Part shown: positions 1 to 7,578 of the stretch, piece after piece
How positions within the stretch are numbered: the first letter of the stretch is position 1
Layout of the letters: the number at the start of each line of letters is the position of its first letter
Assembly (NCBI RefSeq): GCF_034313845.1
Contig: NZ_JAVIWN010000003.1
Length of the DNA stretch: 24,000 bases
Source: Actimicrobium sp. CCI2.3
GTDB lineage: Bacteria > Pseudomonadota > Gammaproteobacteria > Burkholderiales > Burkholderiaceae_D
Direction: 5' to 3' (one strand)
Notes under the pieces: generated by a model
Database searches by the model: none
What the model was told of the DNA's origin: nothing
The model's input: only the letters and a program-made list of their open reading frames with translations
Made by a program: the position numbers and the translations under genes

Positions 1-237
1 CTCGAAGCTGCAAATGTCACAGCGAAGGCACGAAAACGAAATCTGATTACCGAGGCCGATACCCGTGAGTTTCTGGCACTGCGATCCGAGCTCGACATTG
101 AGACGGACCCCACAACAGATGAGAGAGCATTGCATGACACGTTAAGTATCGCCATTCAGCGCGACCTGTCTGCGTACGATGCGGCGTATTTTGAACTCGC
201 CCTACGAGTAGGACTGCCACTTGCGACGCTTGACTAG
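1..237 (+). CDS. vapC: PIN-domain toxin VapC, C-terminal part (5' end outside window)
   Basis: Frame +1 is open from the window edge to TAG 235-237. The translation ends ...DERALHDTLSIAIQRDLSAYDAAYFELALRVGLPLATLD*, the acidic-residue/helix pattern typical of VapC PIN toxin C-termini. The N-terminus and antitoxin lie outside the window. Confidence 0.65.
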   Translation, partial: LEAANVTAKARKRNLITEADTREFLALRSELDIETDPTTDERALHDTLSIAIQRDLSAYDAAYFELALRVGLPLATLD

Positions 238-287
238 GAGCTTTGGACTGCGTTTTTCCAAGCTGGCGGCAAGCACCTACTGATTAA

Positions 288-570
288 TTAACGATGCCTA
301 TCACTTGGCAGGGTCTCATTGTCTCTGGCATGAAACCGGGCCTGCATGCGGATCCACATGGCGATAACCTCAGGCGTCTGTCAGCAGCTTCCCGCTCACG
401 TTCGCTTACAGCGGATCCTTCAATTGCCGGATTGCATGCTTCGAAAAGACTTCGTGGAGTACCGGCCCAAACAAGAATAAGAGCAGCACGTCGTCGATGT
501 CGTTGGCTTCCCAGGCGATCTTGCACGCCACCGGCAGGAGCCGGTCCGGGTCGCGCTCCTTCTGGAATAC
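288..570 (-). pseudogene. Decayed second copy of the parM-like 3' end plus parR-like 5' start
   Basis: nt 330-360 match the start of the intact small gene at 4310-4340 with one mismatch (ATGTGGATCCGCATGCAGGYCCGGTTTCATG). The frame then diverges and stops after 23 codons (TAA 288-290). nt 406-570 translate to ...EANDIDDVLLLFLFGPVLHEVFSKHAIRQLKDPL*, versus the intact ...QDGNDIDNVLLGGGGAFFFGPVIREAFPRHTIRPLKDTLY.... The GGGG loop is lost, there is a TAC->TAA nonsense change, and an internal deletion is present. The 5' side is interrupted by IS copy A. Confidence 0.7.
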
Positions 571-583
571 TGTAGTGGTCAAG

Positions 584-1462
584 TTATTTCGGACACCCCA
601 ATGGAAGTATTTCTGCCATTTTCCGTTCAAAGACGGAGGGCGACAGGTTGCCCAATACGGAGTGCAAACGCGTGCAATTATAAAAGTCGACGATGTAGGA
701 AGTGACGTCCTTGCGGGCCTCTTCCTGGTTGGCATATCGCGTGCGCCAGACGCATTCCATCTTCAGATTCAGGAAGAAGCGTTCGGCAACTGCGTTGTCC
801 CAACAGTTACCTTTACGGCTCATGCTGGACACCAGACCGTACCGTTTCAGCAAGGCCTGATATTCGATGCTGGCGTACTGACTTCCACGGTCCGTATGTA
901 CGATCAATCCCGGTGGCGGATTGCGACTGGAAATGGCCATGCGTAGCGCTTCGCAGACCAGCGCAGCAGGCATAGCAGGCGCGGTGGCCCAGCCGATCAG
1001 CTTACGCGAGAACAGATCCAGTACCGTGGCCAGATATAGCCAACCGGTGTCGGTACGGATGTAGGTGATGTCGCTCACCCACGCGATGTTCGGCCCCGAC
1101 GGATTGAACTTCCGGTTGAGCACGTTGGGAGCAATCGCCAGGTCATGCTTGCTGTCGGTGGTGTGAATGAACTTGCGCTTCCACACCGGCTTCAAGCCCG
1201 CCTGGCGCATCAGGCTACGCGCTTTGTAGCGACCTATGCGAATGCCTTGCAGCGCCACCGCGCTGACTAGGCGCCGACTACCGTAGCTTTGACGGCTGGC
1301 GGCAAAGGCTGCCTTCAGGTGGACCGCTTCCTTCGTAAAAAGCGGTTTGGCAGGACGGGACTGTGCGTTGTAATACCCGGAACGGCTGACTGCCAGCAAC
1401 TGGCAACTACGGGCAGTCGATACGGCCTCCTTGTGTAACTGTGTCACGAGCTGGTAGCTCAT
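584..1462 (-). CDS. IS3-family transposase OrfB (DDE catalytic domain), copy A
   Basis: 292-aa ORF with the IS3/retroviral-integrase-type DDE context: WVSDITYIRT, HTDRGSQYAS, GNCWDNAVAERFF. It lies in the -1 frame relative to orfA. Confidence 0.9.
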   Translation of the reverse strand: MSYQLVTQLHKEAVSTARSCQLLAVSRSGYYNAQSRPAKPLFTKEAVHLKAAFAASRQSYGSRRLVSAVALQGIRIGRYKARSLMRQAGLKPVWKRKFIHTTDSKHDLAIAPNVLNRKFNPSGPNIAWVSDITYIRTDTGWLYLATVLDLFSRKLIGWATAPAMPAALVCEALRMAISSRNPPPGLIVHTDRGSQYASIEYQALLKRYGLVSSMSRKGNCWDNAVAERFFLNLKMECVWRTRYANQEEARKDVTSYIVDFYNCTRLHSVLGNLSPSVFERKMAEILPLGCPK

Positions 1463-1749
1463 TTCAGTTCCCGGGCAAAGAAGGCCGATGCTTTTTTTAG
1501 GATAGACACGTCCAGTCGTAATTCCCGGTTCTCGCGTTCCAGTGAACGAATGCGCTGCTGGTCTGACGTCAGCGGCTTGCCGATGCCCGGCTCGCCACGC
1601 AGTTCCGCATCGTGTTGCGTGACCCAGCGACGAATCGCGGTCGGTCCGACATCCATGGTTTTACTGACATTGGAAATGCTCAGTCCTTGATCTTTGATCA
1701 TGCGCACGACTTCCAGCTTAAGCTCGATGTCGAAGTGTTTTTTAGTCAT
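1459..1749 (-). CDS. IS3-family transposase OrfA (HTH), copy A
   Basis: 96-aa ORF MTKKHFDIELKLEVVRMIKDQGLSISNVSKTMDVGPTAIRRWV... with an HTH followed by a leucine-zipper-like LERENRELRLDVSILKK. It ends in CTA AAA AAA GCA; a -1 shift at this run leads into the orfB frame. Its TGA stop overlaps the orfB ATG (ATGA). Confidence 0.9.
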   Translation of the reverse strand: MTKKHFDIELKLEVVRMIKDQGLSISNVSKTMDVGPTAIRRWVTQHDAELRGEPGIGKPLTSDQQRIRSLERENRELRLDVSILKKASAFFARELK

Positions 1750-1859
1750 GTAATTTCCTCAGTTAGCGGGAGTGTGCTCCCATTGAGGTGTCCGATTTCA
1801 TTAGACCACTACATACGATCGATCGCTTCGTTCCAGTTTTCTCCTGGTAGAACGATGTC

Positions 1860-2549
1860 TCAGGACAACTCTTGATTTACGGGAGCGTCATCTTGTTCGT
1901 AGAGCTCATGCATTTTATCTTGCAGAATTTTTTTGCTAATGAGTTTGGTCTGATATTCAGCGACCAAAGCGGGCGACAGGGAGCGTGACAGTGCGTATTC
2001 GACCACTTCACGATCACGCGTTTTGCATAAAAGTAGTCCGACAGTGGGATTTTCATGCGCTTTTTTATGGTCCCGGTCCAGCGCTTCCAGATAGAACTCC
2101 AGTTAGCCTAAATAAGCGGGTTTGAAATCATCGATTTTCAGTTCGACTGCAACTAGGCAAGTCAGTCCGCGGTGGTAGAACAGCAGGTCGACATAAAAAA
2201 GCCTTCAAGCCAACCGACAGGCGATATTCGTTGCCGATAAAACAAAAATCGCTACCAAGTTCCAGCAGGAAATTTTTCAGATGACGCACCAGCCCACATT
2301 GCAGGTCTTGTTCGGAATGAGAAAGGGGTAAGTCCAGGAAGTCGACCAGATAGCGGTCTTTAAACAGAGATGCAGCGTCCGTATGCCTTTCTTTCAATGC
2401 CGTTGATAACAATGGCCCGCCATTGACGAGCACGCGCTCGAACAAGCGGCTGTCAATCTCCCGTGCGATCTCGCGTACCGACCAGTGTTCCTGTGTTGCG
2501 CGTTGCAGATAAAACAGCCGTTCTTCGTCGCTCTTGCATTTGCTAACGA
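1860..2549 (-). pseudogene. yhcG: yhcG/DUF1016 PD-(D/E)XK nuclease, C-terminal two-thirds (frameshift plus nonsense)
   Basis: Minus-strand translation reads ...VSKCKSDEERLFYLQRATQEHWSVREIAREIDSRLFERV...DRYLVDFLDLPLSHSEQDLQCGLVRHLKNFLLELGSDFCFIGNEYRLSVG. A frame change follows at the T-run near 2195-2200, giving FYVDLLFYHRGLTCLVAVELKIDDFKPAYLG*LEFYLEALDRD...TRDREVVEYAL.... An in-frame TAA sits where Lys is expected. The stop is at 1860-1862. Confidence 0.8.
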
Positions 2550-2613
2550 TGTAGTGGTCTAATAAAATCGGACACCTCAATGGGAGCACACTCCCGCTAA
2601 CTGAGGAAATTAC

Positions 2614-2898
2614 ATGACTAAAAAACACTTCGACATCGAGCTTAAGCTGGAAGTCGTGCGCATGATCAAAGATCAAGGACTGAGCATTTCCAATGTCAGT
2701 AAAACCATGGATGTCGGACCGACCGCGATTCGTCGCTGGGTCACGCAACACGATGCGGAACTGCGTGGCGAGCCGGGCATCGGCAAGCCGCTGACGTCAG
2801 ACCAGCAGCGCATTCGTTCACTGGAACGCGAGAACCGGGAATTACGACTGGACGTGTCTATCCTAAAAAAGCATCGGCCTTCTTTGCCCGGGAACTGA
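2614..2898 (+). CDS. IS3-family OrfA, copy B (altered C-terminus from 1-nt deletion in the A-run)
   Basis: The 94-aa ORF is identical to copy A through ...DVSILKK. It then reads HRPSLPGN* instead of ASAFFARELK*, because block 2871-2880 reads tcctaaaaaa (6 A) whereas the copy A complement has 7. Confidence 0.85.
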   Translation: MTKKHFDIELKLEVVRMIKDQGLSISNVSKTMDVGPTAIRRWVTQHDAELRGEPGIGKPLTSDQQRIRSLERENRELRLDVSILKKHRPSLPGN

Positions 2899-2899
2899 A

Positions 2900-3778
2900 A
2901 TGAGCTACCAGCTCGTGACACAGTTACACAAGGAGGCCGTATCGACTGCCCGTAGTTGCCAGTTGCTGGCAGTCAGCCGTTCCGGGTATTACAACGCACA
3001 GTCCCGTCCTGCCAAACCGCTTTTTACGAAGGAAGCGGTCCACCTGAAGGCAGCCTTTGCCGCCAGCCGTCAAAGCTACGGTAGTCGGCGCCTAGTCAGC
3101 GCGGTGGCGCTGCAAGGCATTCGCATAGGTCGCTACAAAGCGCGTAGCCTGATGCGCCAGGCGGGCTTGAAGCCGGTGTGGAAGCGCAAGTTCATTCACA
3201 CCACCGACAGCAAGCATGACCTGGCGATTGCTCCCAACGTGCTCAACCGGAAGTTCAATCCGTCGGGGCCGAATATCGCGTGGGTGAGCGATATCACCTA
3301 CATCCGTACCGACACCGGTTGGCTATATCTGGCCACGGTACTGGATCTGTTCTCGCGTAAGCTGATCGGCTGGGCCACCGCGCCTGCTATGCCTGCTGCG
3401 CTGGTCTGCGAAGCGCTACGCATGGCCATTTCCAGTCGCAATCCGCCACCGGGATTGATCGTACATACGGACCGTGGAAGTCAGTACGCCAGCATCGAAT
3501 ATCAGGCCTTGCTGAAACGGTACGGTCTGGTGTCCAGCATGAGCCGTAAAGGTAACTGTTGGGACAACGCAGTTGCCGAACGCTTCTTCCTGAATCTGAA
3601 GATGGAATGCGTCTGGCGCACGCGATATGCCAACCAGGAAGAGGCCCGCAAGGACGTCACTTCCTACATCGTCGACTTTTATAATTGCACGCGTTTGCAC
3701 TCCGTATTGGGCAACCTGTCGCCCTCCGTCTTTGAACGGAAAATGGCAGAAATACTTCCATTGGGGTGTCCGAAATAA
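2900..3778 (+). CDS. IS3-family OrfB (DDE), copy B
   Basis: The 292-aa protein is identical to copy A OrfB. In this copy orfB lies in the +1 frame, not the -1 frame, relative to orfA. Confidence 0.85.
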   Translation: MSYQLVTQLHKEAVSTARSCQLLAVSRSGYYNAQSRPAKPLFTKEAVHLKAAFAASRQSYGSRRLVSAVALQGIRIGRYKARSLMRQAGLKPVWKRKFIHTTDSKHDLAIAPNVLNRKFNPSGPNIAWVSDITYIRTDTGWLYLATVLDLFSRKLIGWATAPAMPAALVCEALRMAISSRNPPPGLIVHTDRGSQYASIEYQALLKRYGLVSSMSRKGNCWDNAVAERFFLNLKMECVWRTRYANQEEARKDVTSYIVDFYNCTRLHSVLGNLSPSVFERKMAEILPLGCPK

Positions 3779-3791
3779 CTTGACCACTACA

Positions 3792-4068
3792 CGATGTGCA
3801 GGTTTGCCGACCACGGCAGTTCTCTCAACAGTGTTGAGAGTTTTGGCTTGCCGACGTATATCTCGAAAAATTGCTTCATGCGCCACAAGTTTTGCACGGA
3901 AAAGCCGCGCCAATCAGGTCTGCGATCTTGAATCAGCCTTGCCAGCGCCGCTACCGTTCCTTTACCCCAGCCCTCGCTCGTGCAGCGGTTCGACAAATGT
4001 TGTCCAATATCCCAATGCAAGCTGTTTATTTGTGATTGCTTGCATGGTGCATCAATTCCCGAACACAT
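3792..4068 (-). pseudogene. yhcG: yhcG/DUF1016 nuclease, N-terminal part (split from 1860-2549 by IS copy B)
   Basis: Translation reads ...INSLHWDIGQHLSNRCTSEGWGKGTVAALARLIQDRRPDWRGFSVQNLWRMKQFFEIYVGKPKLSTLLRELPWSANLHI. Removing the IS and one CGA copy joins it in frame to VSKCKSDEERLFY.... Only about 17 codons precede the conserved L(Y/H)WDIG block, so the 5' end is probably also truncated. Confidence 0.75.
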
Positions 4069-4339
4069 CCCCGATGTCGTCCGCCGTCAACTTGTAATCG
4101 TAGCTCCCGGACGGTGGTGTCGGGTTCGTACCGTCGTCGTCAGCGCGGACGACCGTCCCCTGACCTGATGCAACGTTGGCGTTCCCGTCTCGCGCGGCCT
4201 GCAGCAAATACACCAACCCGTACGTCGCCAATGTCATCAGCCGCGCAATCCTGCGCTGCCCTTTGTCATAGCGCGCCAGGTCCCGGGCCAGCGGCTCGTT
4301 GTCGTCGGCATGAAACCGGACCTGCATGCGGATCCACAT
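4052..4339 (-). CDS. Small ParR-like adaptor candidate, possibly ribbon-helix-helix, downstream of parM-like gene
   Basis: 95-aa ORF with SD GAGGA 7 nt upstream of ATG 4339. The N-terminus MWIRMQVRFHADDNEPLARDLARYDKGQRRIARLMTLATYG fits a beta-strand/helix/helix pattern. It sits 64 nt after the parM-like stop, the position of parR in parMRC loci. The C-terminal half is low-complexity and runs into the yhcG remnant. Confidence 0.5.
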   Translation of the reverse strand: MWIRMQVRFHADDNEPLARDLARYDKGQRRIARLMTLATYGLVYLLQAARDGNANVASGQGTVVRADDDGTNPTPPSGSYDYKLTADDIGDVFGN

Positions 4340-4403
4340 GACCTAGTCCTCAGGCATCGGTCAGCAGCTTTCCGTTCTTGCCGGACTGCCACGCCAGTCG
4401 CAT

Positions 4404-5384
4404 CTACTCGATCCCCGCTAGCTGAAACCCGATCACGTTCGCGTACAGCGTGTCTTTCAATGGTCGGATCGTGTGCCGAGGAAATGCTTCACGAATTACC
4501 GGTCCGAAGAAGAACGCTCCGCCACCACCAAGCAGGACGTTGTCGATGTCGTTGCCGTCCTGAACGACACGCTTGAGTTCGGTGACCGCGTCCCGGACGA
4601 TCTTGCGTGCTGCCGGCAGGTGCCGTTCCAGATCGTATTCCTTCTGGAACACGATTGGCGGCACGCCACCGCGCAGGGCCCGGTCGATGCGGTCGTAGTC
4701 GTTGAACAAGGTGTTTTCCGATTTGCTGATCGCGTCGGCGAAGGCGCGCAGCACGTCGTGCATGCCACGGTTGACGGCACCGCTGCGCTTGTCGACCGTT
4801 TTCAAACCCTGACCGACCAGCCAGTCGAAGGTGCGCGCGCCGACGTCGATGATCAGATGACGTTGCGCCTTGATGGCCGCAAAGTCGTCGGTGCCGCTCA
4901 GCGCGAAGTGCATCAGGGCACCATGCGGCTGGGCCAGCACGCGCACCTTTCGCACGGTGACCGTCCGACCGCCGCCGACGTCGTGCAGGCCGGACATTCG
5001 CTTTTCGAGGGATGTCTTGTGCAGCGCGAAGGTCGACACCGGTAAGCCCACGACCAGCAGGTCGATGGCCGGCTCGCGCATGAGGTGCAGGGCCCCGCGC
5101 GCTAGCGCCAGATACTCGGGAGACTGGATGTAATCGTCATCCATGTGGCGCGTGCCGGCAAGGTCGTCGGCCAGTGCGGCATCGGGGCCGACCTCGTAGG
5201 TCAGGTCGCCGATCGTGATTGCGACTGTCCTGCGCTGGCGGCCGAGTGCCGCCGCCAGGTCGCGGCCGCTCGTGACCGGTGCGATCGACGGGAAATGGGC
5301 GCAGCGCACGGGACCGCGCCCGGCGCTGACGACATATTTGGTGTTGCCATATCCGACATCGATTGCGCGTACGACTGGTTCCAT
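4404..5384 (-). CDS. parM: ParM/StbA-family actin-like segregation ATPase (326 aa)
   Basis: I place the start at ATG 5384 (SD GAGG 6 nt upstream), giving MEPVVRAIDVGYGNTKYVV... (actin-fold phosphate-1 motif). Further motifs are DVGARTFDW and LLGGGGAFFF. The 88 in-frame codons upstream (to 5648) look non-coding. Confidence 0.85.
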   Translation of the reverse strand: MEPVVRAIDVGYGNTKYVVSAGRGPVRCAHFPSIAPVTSGRDLAAALGRQRRTVAITIGDLTYEVGPDAALADDLAGTRHMDDDYIQSPEYLALARGALHLMREPAIDLLVVGLPVSTFALHKTSLEKRMSGLHDVGGGRTVTVRKVRVLAQPHGALMHFALSGTDDFAAIKAQRHLIIDVGARTFDWLVGQGLKTVDKRSGAVNRGMHDVLRAFADAISKSENTLFNDYDRIDRALRGGVPPIVFQKEYDLERHLPAARKIVRDAVTELKRVVQDGNDIDNVLLGGGGAFFFGPVIREAFPRHTIRPLKDTLYANVIGFQLAGIE

Positions 5385-5486
5385 AGTGACCTCAGACAGG
5401 ATTCGGGAACCAGCGTAGCGCTGCCCTTCATGAACGACCACGCGCAAAGCCCCTGTTGGCGCACCGCTTTCGGCAGCACGTCGTGT

Positions 5487-5586
5487 GAAAGTCGTCACCA
5501 CGATGGAGCCACGCACGACTTTCTGACGTCGGCCCCCTGATTGGCCGGTGCCATCTCCGCAAAAGTCGTGCGTGGTAACGACTTTC
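5487..5586. promoter_or_regulatory. parC-like centromere/operator: four copies of AAAGTCGT as two nested inverted pairs
   Basis: The outer pair is GAAAGTCGTCACC (5487-5499) and GGTAACGACTTTC (5574-5586), 12/13 complementary. The inner pair is CCACGCACGACTTT (5509-5522) and AAAGTCGTGCGTGG (5562-5575), 14/14 complementary. The block lies 100-200 bp upstream of the parM-like start, with a TTGACA -35-like hexamer on the minus strand at 5660-5665. Confidence 0.5.
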
Positions 5587-5718
5587 ATGCAAGCTGGTGG
5601 CGGGGCGTGTCGGGCCGACGGACACGGTTCGGAACTAGAGGTACCCACCGCCCCAACGCTGTCAAGGGCGCGCGAGCCGGTCTGAAATTATTGGACAATT
5701 ATTTGGTGCGATTTGTCC

Positions 5719-5747
5719 TTGATTTTCAAGTCCGGTTTGCCTATGCT
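5719..5747 (+). promoter_or_regulatory. Candidate sigma70 promoter firing rightwards into the long non-coding region upstream of the recombinase
   Basis: TTGATT (5719-5724), 17-nt spacer, TATGCT (5742-5747), in the only AT-rich patch of this intergenic region. Confidence 0.3.
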
Positions 5748-5801
5748 TTTTTCTGATGTGAGGAAGCCTGTTCCTCGGGGATCGTCCCCATTCAGGCCGT
5801 T

Positions 5802-5824
5802 GCAGTCGTTACCTGTCCCTTGTT
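5802..5824 (+). repeat. Conserved non-coding motif, copy 1 (GCAGTCGTTACCTGTCCCTTGTT)
   Basis: 21 of 23 aligned positions are identical to 8039-8060, in the same orientation. It is preceded by a short hairpin GGGGA-tcg-TCCCC (5777-5789) and followed by GCCGG-cttga-CCGGC. Confidence 0.6.
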
Positions 5825-6468
5825 CATGCCGGCTTGACCGGCCGCCGTTGTGTTATCCCTGATCGTTTCCCTGCTTGTCGATGGTCTGCCTGACCGCCGT
5901 CGATACCGTGTTCCGCCCGACGGACACTGAGGATGTGCGCCGGTCTGCTCGATGGACTCGCGTGCTGCGGCACTGGATGCCGCTTTGGTTCGACCATGTT
6001 TATTCCACTTGCAATGCATGACGCCGCTACTTGATGGCGACCGTACGATTGTCCCCTTGAGGGAGGCCGTGCCGGTGAGTCATGCCCCGTTCGTATCCGC
6101 CTCGCTACGGTGAGGGGCGGCGCCAGACGGCCGGGGCAAGTGTGAGGAGAAGCCGAATTTCGGACTCGGGAACAATCCCGGGTGCTGCACCTTTCTCCGA
6201 GGAAGGTGCGTCGCGTTCATCGCGACAGGTCAGATTGTCTCCAAGCGAGCGTCTGGTTTGGCAGCGCATTTTAACGATCCACACCGGCCGTGCAGGACCT
6301 GGCGGCGACAAATGACTGGCTCTGTTTTTACCGCGCGGGAAGTCGCGCGGGCTGCTTGCATGACTGATTTGTTTGGCGCACGAGTCCGGAATCCCTCGTC
6401 GTGCCTGGTCTGTCGGGATTCCATATATCCGCTCGCGCGCATCTCGCGGGCCCGAACTGGAGCGCATC

Positions 6469-7554
6469 ATGCGAGCCAAAAAATATTTGCCACGCGAACG
6501 TCAGGGCAGGGCCGCTGCACCTGCCTATCATCCTGCACTACCAGACCAGACGCCATGGGCTGCCGTGCTGATGACGATCATCCGTCGGCACAACTGGTCT
6601 CACGCCGTGCGCGATAAGGGGGTGTCGCACAAGACCATGGCGGTGCGGCAGACATTCTTGTTCGCGTTCTTCCGGGAGCTGCGATTGAATGGCGAGGTGC
6701 CGTATCGCGTCGATCCGCGCCGGCTTGGCAACCGGCATATCCGGTTCATGGTGCAGCGCTGGCTAGATCGAGAGTTGTCGCCGGCGACGCTGCAGCAATA
6801 CCTCAGTTTCCTGCGTACTTATGCAGGCTGGATTGGCAAGCCGCAACTGGTCATGCCGGTCGAGCGGTACATCAATGATCCGAAACGCACGCGTCGTCGC
6901 TATTGCGCCGAGGTCGATAAAAGCTGGTCTGCGCGCGGGATCGATGCTGAGCAGATATTTACTGCGATGGCGGCGATCGACCGGTACGCCGCCGCACAAC
7001 TGGCGGTGAAATCGGCGTTCGGATTGCGCCGCAAGGAAGCGGTCATGCTGCAACCGCAACGGCGAGTTGTCACGGCGCGGCAGGCGGGTATCGCGGAGGA
7101 CGATGACGCGCTGTATCTCGATCTGCTCAAGGGGACGAAAGGTGGCCGTCAGCGTTATCTGCCGATCGACAGTGACGACAAGCGGCGCGCGCTACAACGT
7201 GCCTGCGAATTGGTGCGCAGTCTCGAAGACCATCTGGGCAATCCGGCACGTACGCTGAAACAGAACTTGCGGCGGATCGATTACGTGATGGCAAAGCTGG
7301 GACTCACGCAGAGCGAGCTGGGCGTCACTGGGCACGGCTTGCGGCACGATTTCGCCAATGATTTATATGAGAAAGAATCCGGTGCGACTGCACCCCTGCG
7401 TGGCGGAGCTGTGGTTGATTCGGCTACCGATCAGGCTGCGCGACTAGCGGTCGCAAGACAGCTCGGTCATGGTCGAATCCAGATCGCCGGAGCCTATCTT
7501 GGTGGACGAAAACGGATTGGTGCCAAAGGTTCGCCGTCCGGGTCGAACGAGTGA
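6469..7554 (+). CDS. Tyrosine recombinase / integrase-family protein (361 aa)
   Basis: The start is placed at ATG 6469 (GGAG 6 nt upstream). The N-terminal SAM-like region is ...KTMAVRQTFLFAFFRELRL...SPATLQQYLSFLRTYAGW. Catalytic-domain motifs are FGLRRKEAV (Arg), GHGLRHDFAN (H-x-x-R) and LGHGRIQIAGAYLG (His plus nucleophile Tyr). Confidence 0.85.
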   Translation: MRAKKYLPRERQGRAAAPAYHPALPDQTPWAAVLMTIIRRHNWSHAVRDKGVSHKTMAVRQTFLFAFFRELRLNGEVPYRVDPRRLGNRHIRFMVQRWLDRELSPATLQQYLSFLRTYAGWIGKPQLVMPVERYINDPKRTRRRYCAEVDKSWSARGIDAEQIFTAMAAIDRYAAAQLAVKSAFGLRRKEAVMLQPQRRVVTARQAGIAEDDDALYLDLLKGTKGGRQRYLPIDSDDKRRALQRACELVRSLEDHLGNPARTLKQNLRRIDYVMAKLGLTQSELGVTGHGLRHDFANDLYEKESGATAPLRGGAVVDSATDQAARLAVARQLGHGRIQIAGAYLGGRKRIGAKGSPSGSNE

Positions 7555-7578
7555 GAGCGCACGCAACGATGTCCTGAC

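Larger units (their letters stand above)
571..1813 (-). mobile_element. IS3-family insertion sequence, copy A (1243 bp)
   Basis: Terminal inverted repeats are TGTAGTGGTCTAATGAAATCGGACACC (left end, reverse complement at 1813) and TGTAGTGGTCAAGTTATTTCGGACACC (571). The ends are TG...CA and a 3-bp target duplication TAC lies at 568-570 and 1814-1816. It carries an orfA/orfB pair with an A7 slippery run and a DDE OrfB. Confidence 0.95.
2550..3791 (+). mobile_element. IS3-family insertion sequence, copy B (1242 bp), inverted relative to copy A
   Basis: It has the same terminal repeats as copy A (TGTAGTGGTCTAATAAAATCGG... to ...CTTGACCACTACA). A 3-bp target duplication CGA lies at 2547-2549 and 3792-3794. 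It is one base shorter than copy A because the slippery run is A6 rather than A7. Other differences seen are one IRL base and two synonymous orfB changes. Confidence 0.95.

Noticed and set aside
284-291. Rare AT-only octamer TTAATTAA at 284-291 and again at 14936-14943, roughly at both apparent edges of the GC-rich block
   Set aside because: This could hint at a duplicated target site. However, there are no terminal inverted repeats or other similarity inside the octamers. The sequence is its own palindrome, and vapC outside it is itself accessory. Coincidence cannot be excluded.
2128-2751. 207-aa ORF (and its twin at 1612-1875) spanning IS end and flanking DNA
   Set aside because: It is chimeric. 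Its first ~65 codons are antisense to IS orfA and the remainder is the yhcG pseudogene frame. It is an artefact of the insertion.
571-3791. The two inverted IS copies as a composite transposon
   Set aside because: Each copy has its own matching 3-bp target duplication (TAC, CGA). The DNA between them is only a yhcG pseudogene fragment plus a few bases of the parM remnant, so two independent insertions explain it.
5385-5648. N-terminal extension of the ParM-like ORF (414 aa from 5648)
   Set aside because: The actin-fold N-terminus (IDVGYGNTK) begins right after the internal ATG 5384, which has a good SD. The extension covers the inverted-repeat operator region and has an implausible composition.
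5792-6617. ORFs in the long intergenic region upstream of the recombinase (5792-6019-, 6082-6315+, 6105-6479-, 6258-6617+) and the 6373 start of the recombinase ORF
   Set aside because: They have Arg/Ser/Pro/Gly-rich, low-complexity translations, overlap one another, and lack an SD. The recombinase has a much better start at 6469 (GGAG, 6-nt spacing).
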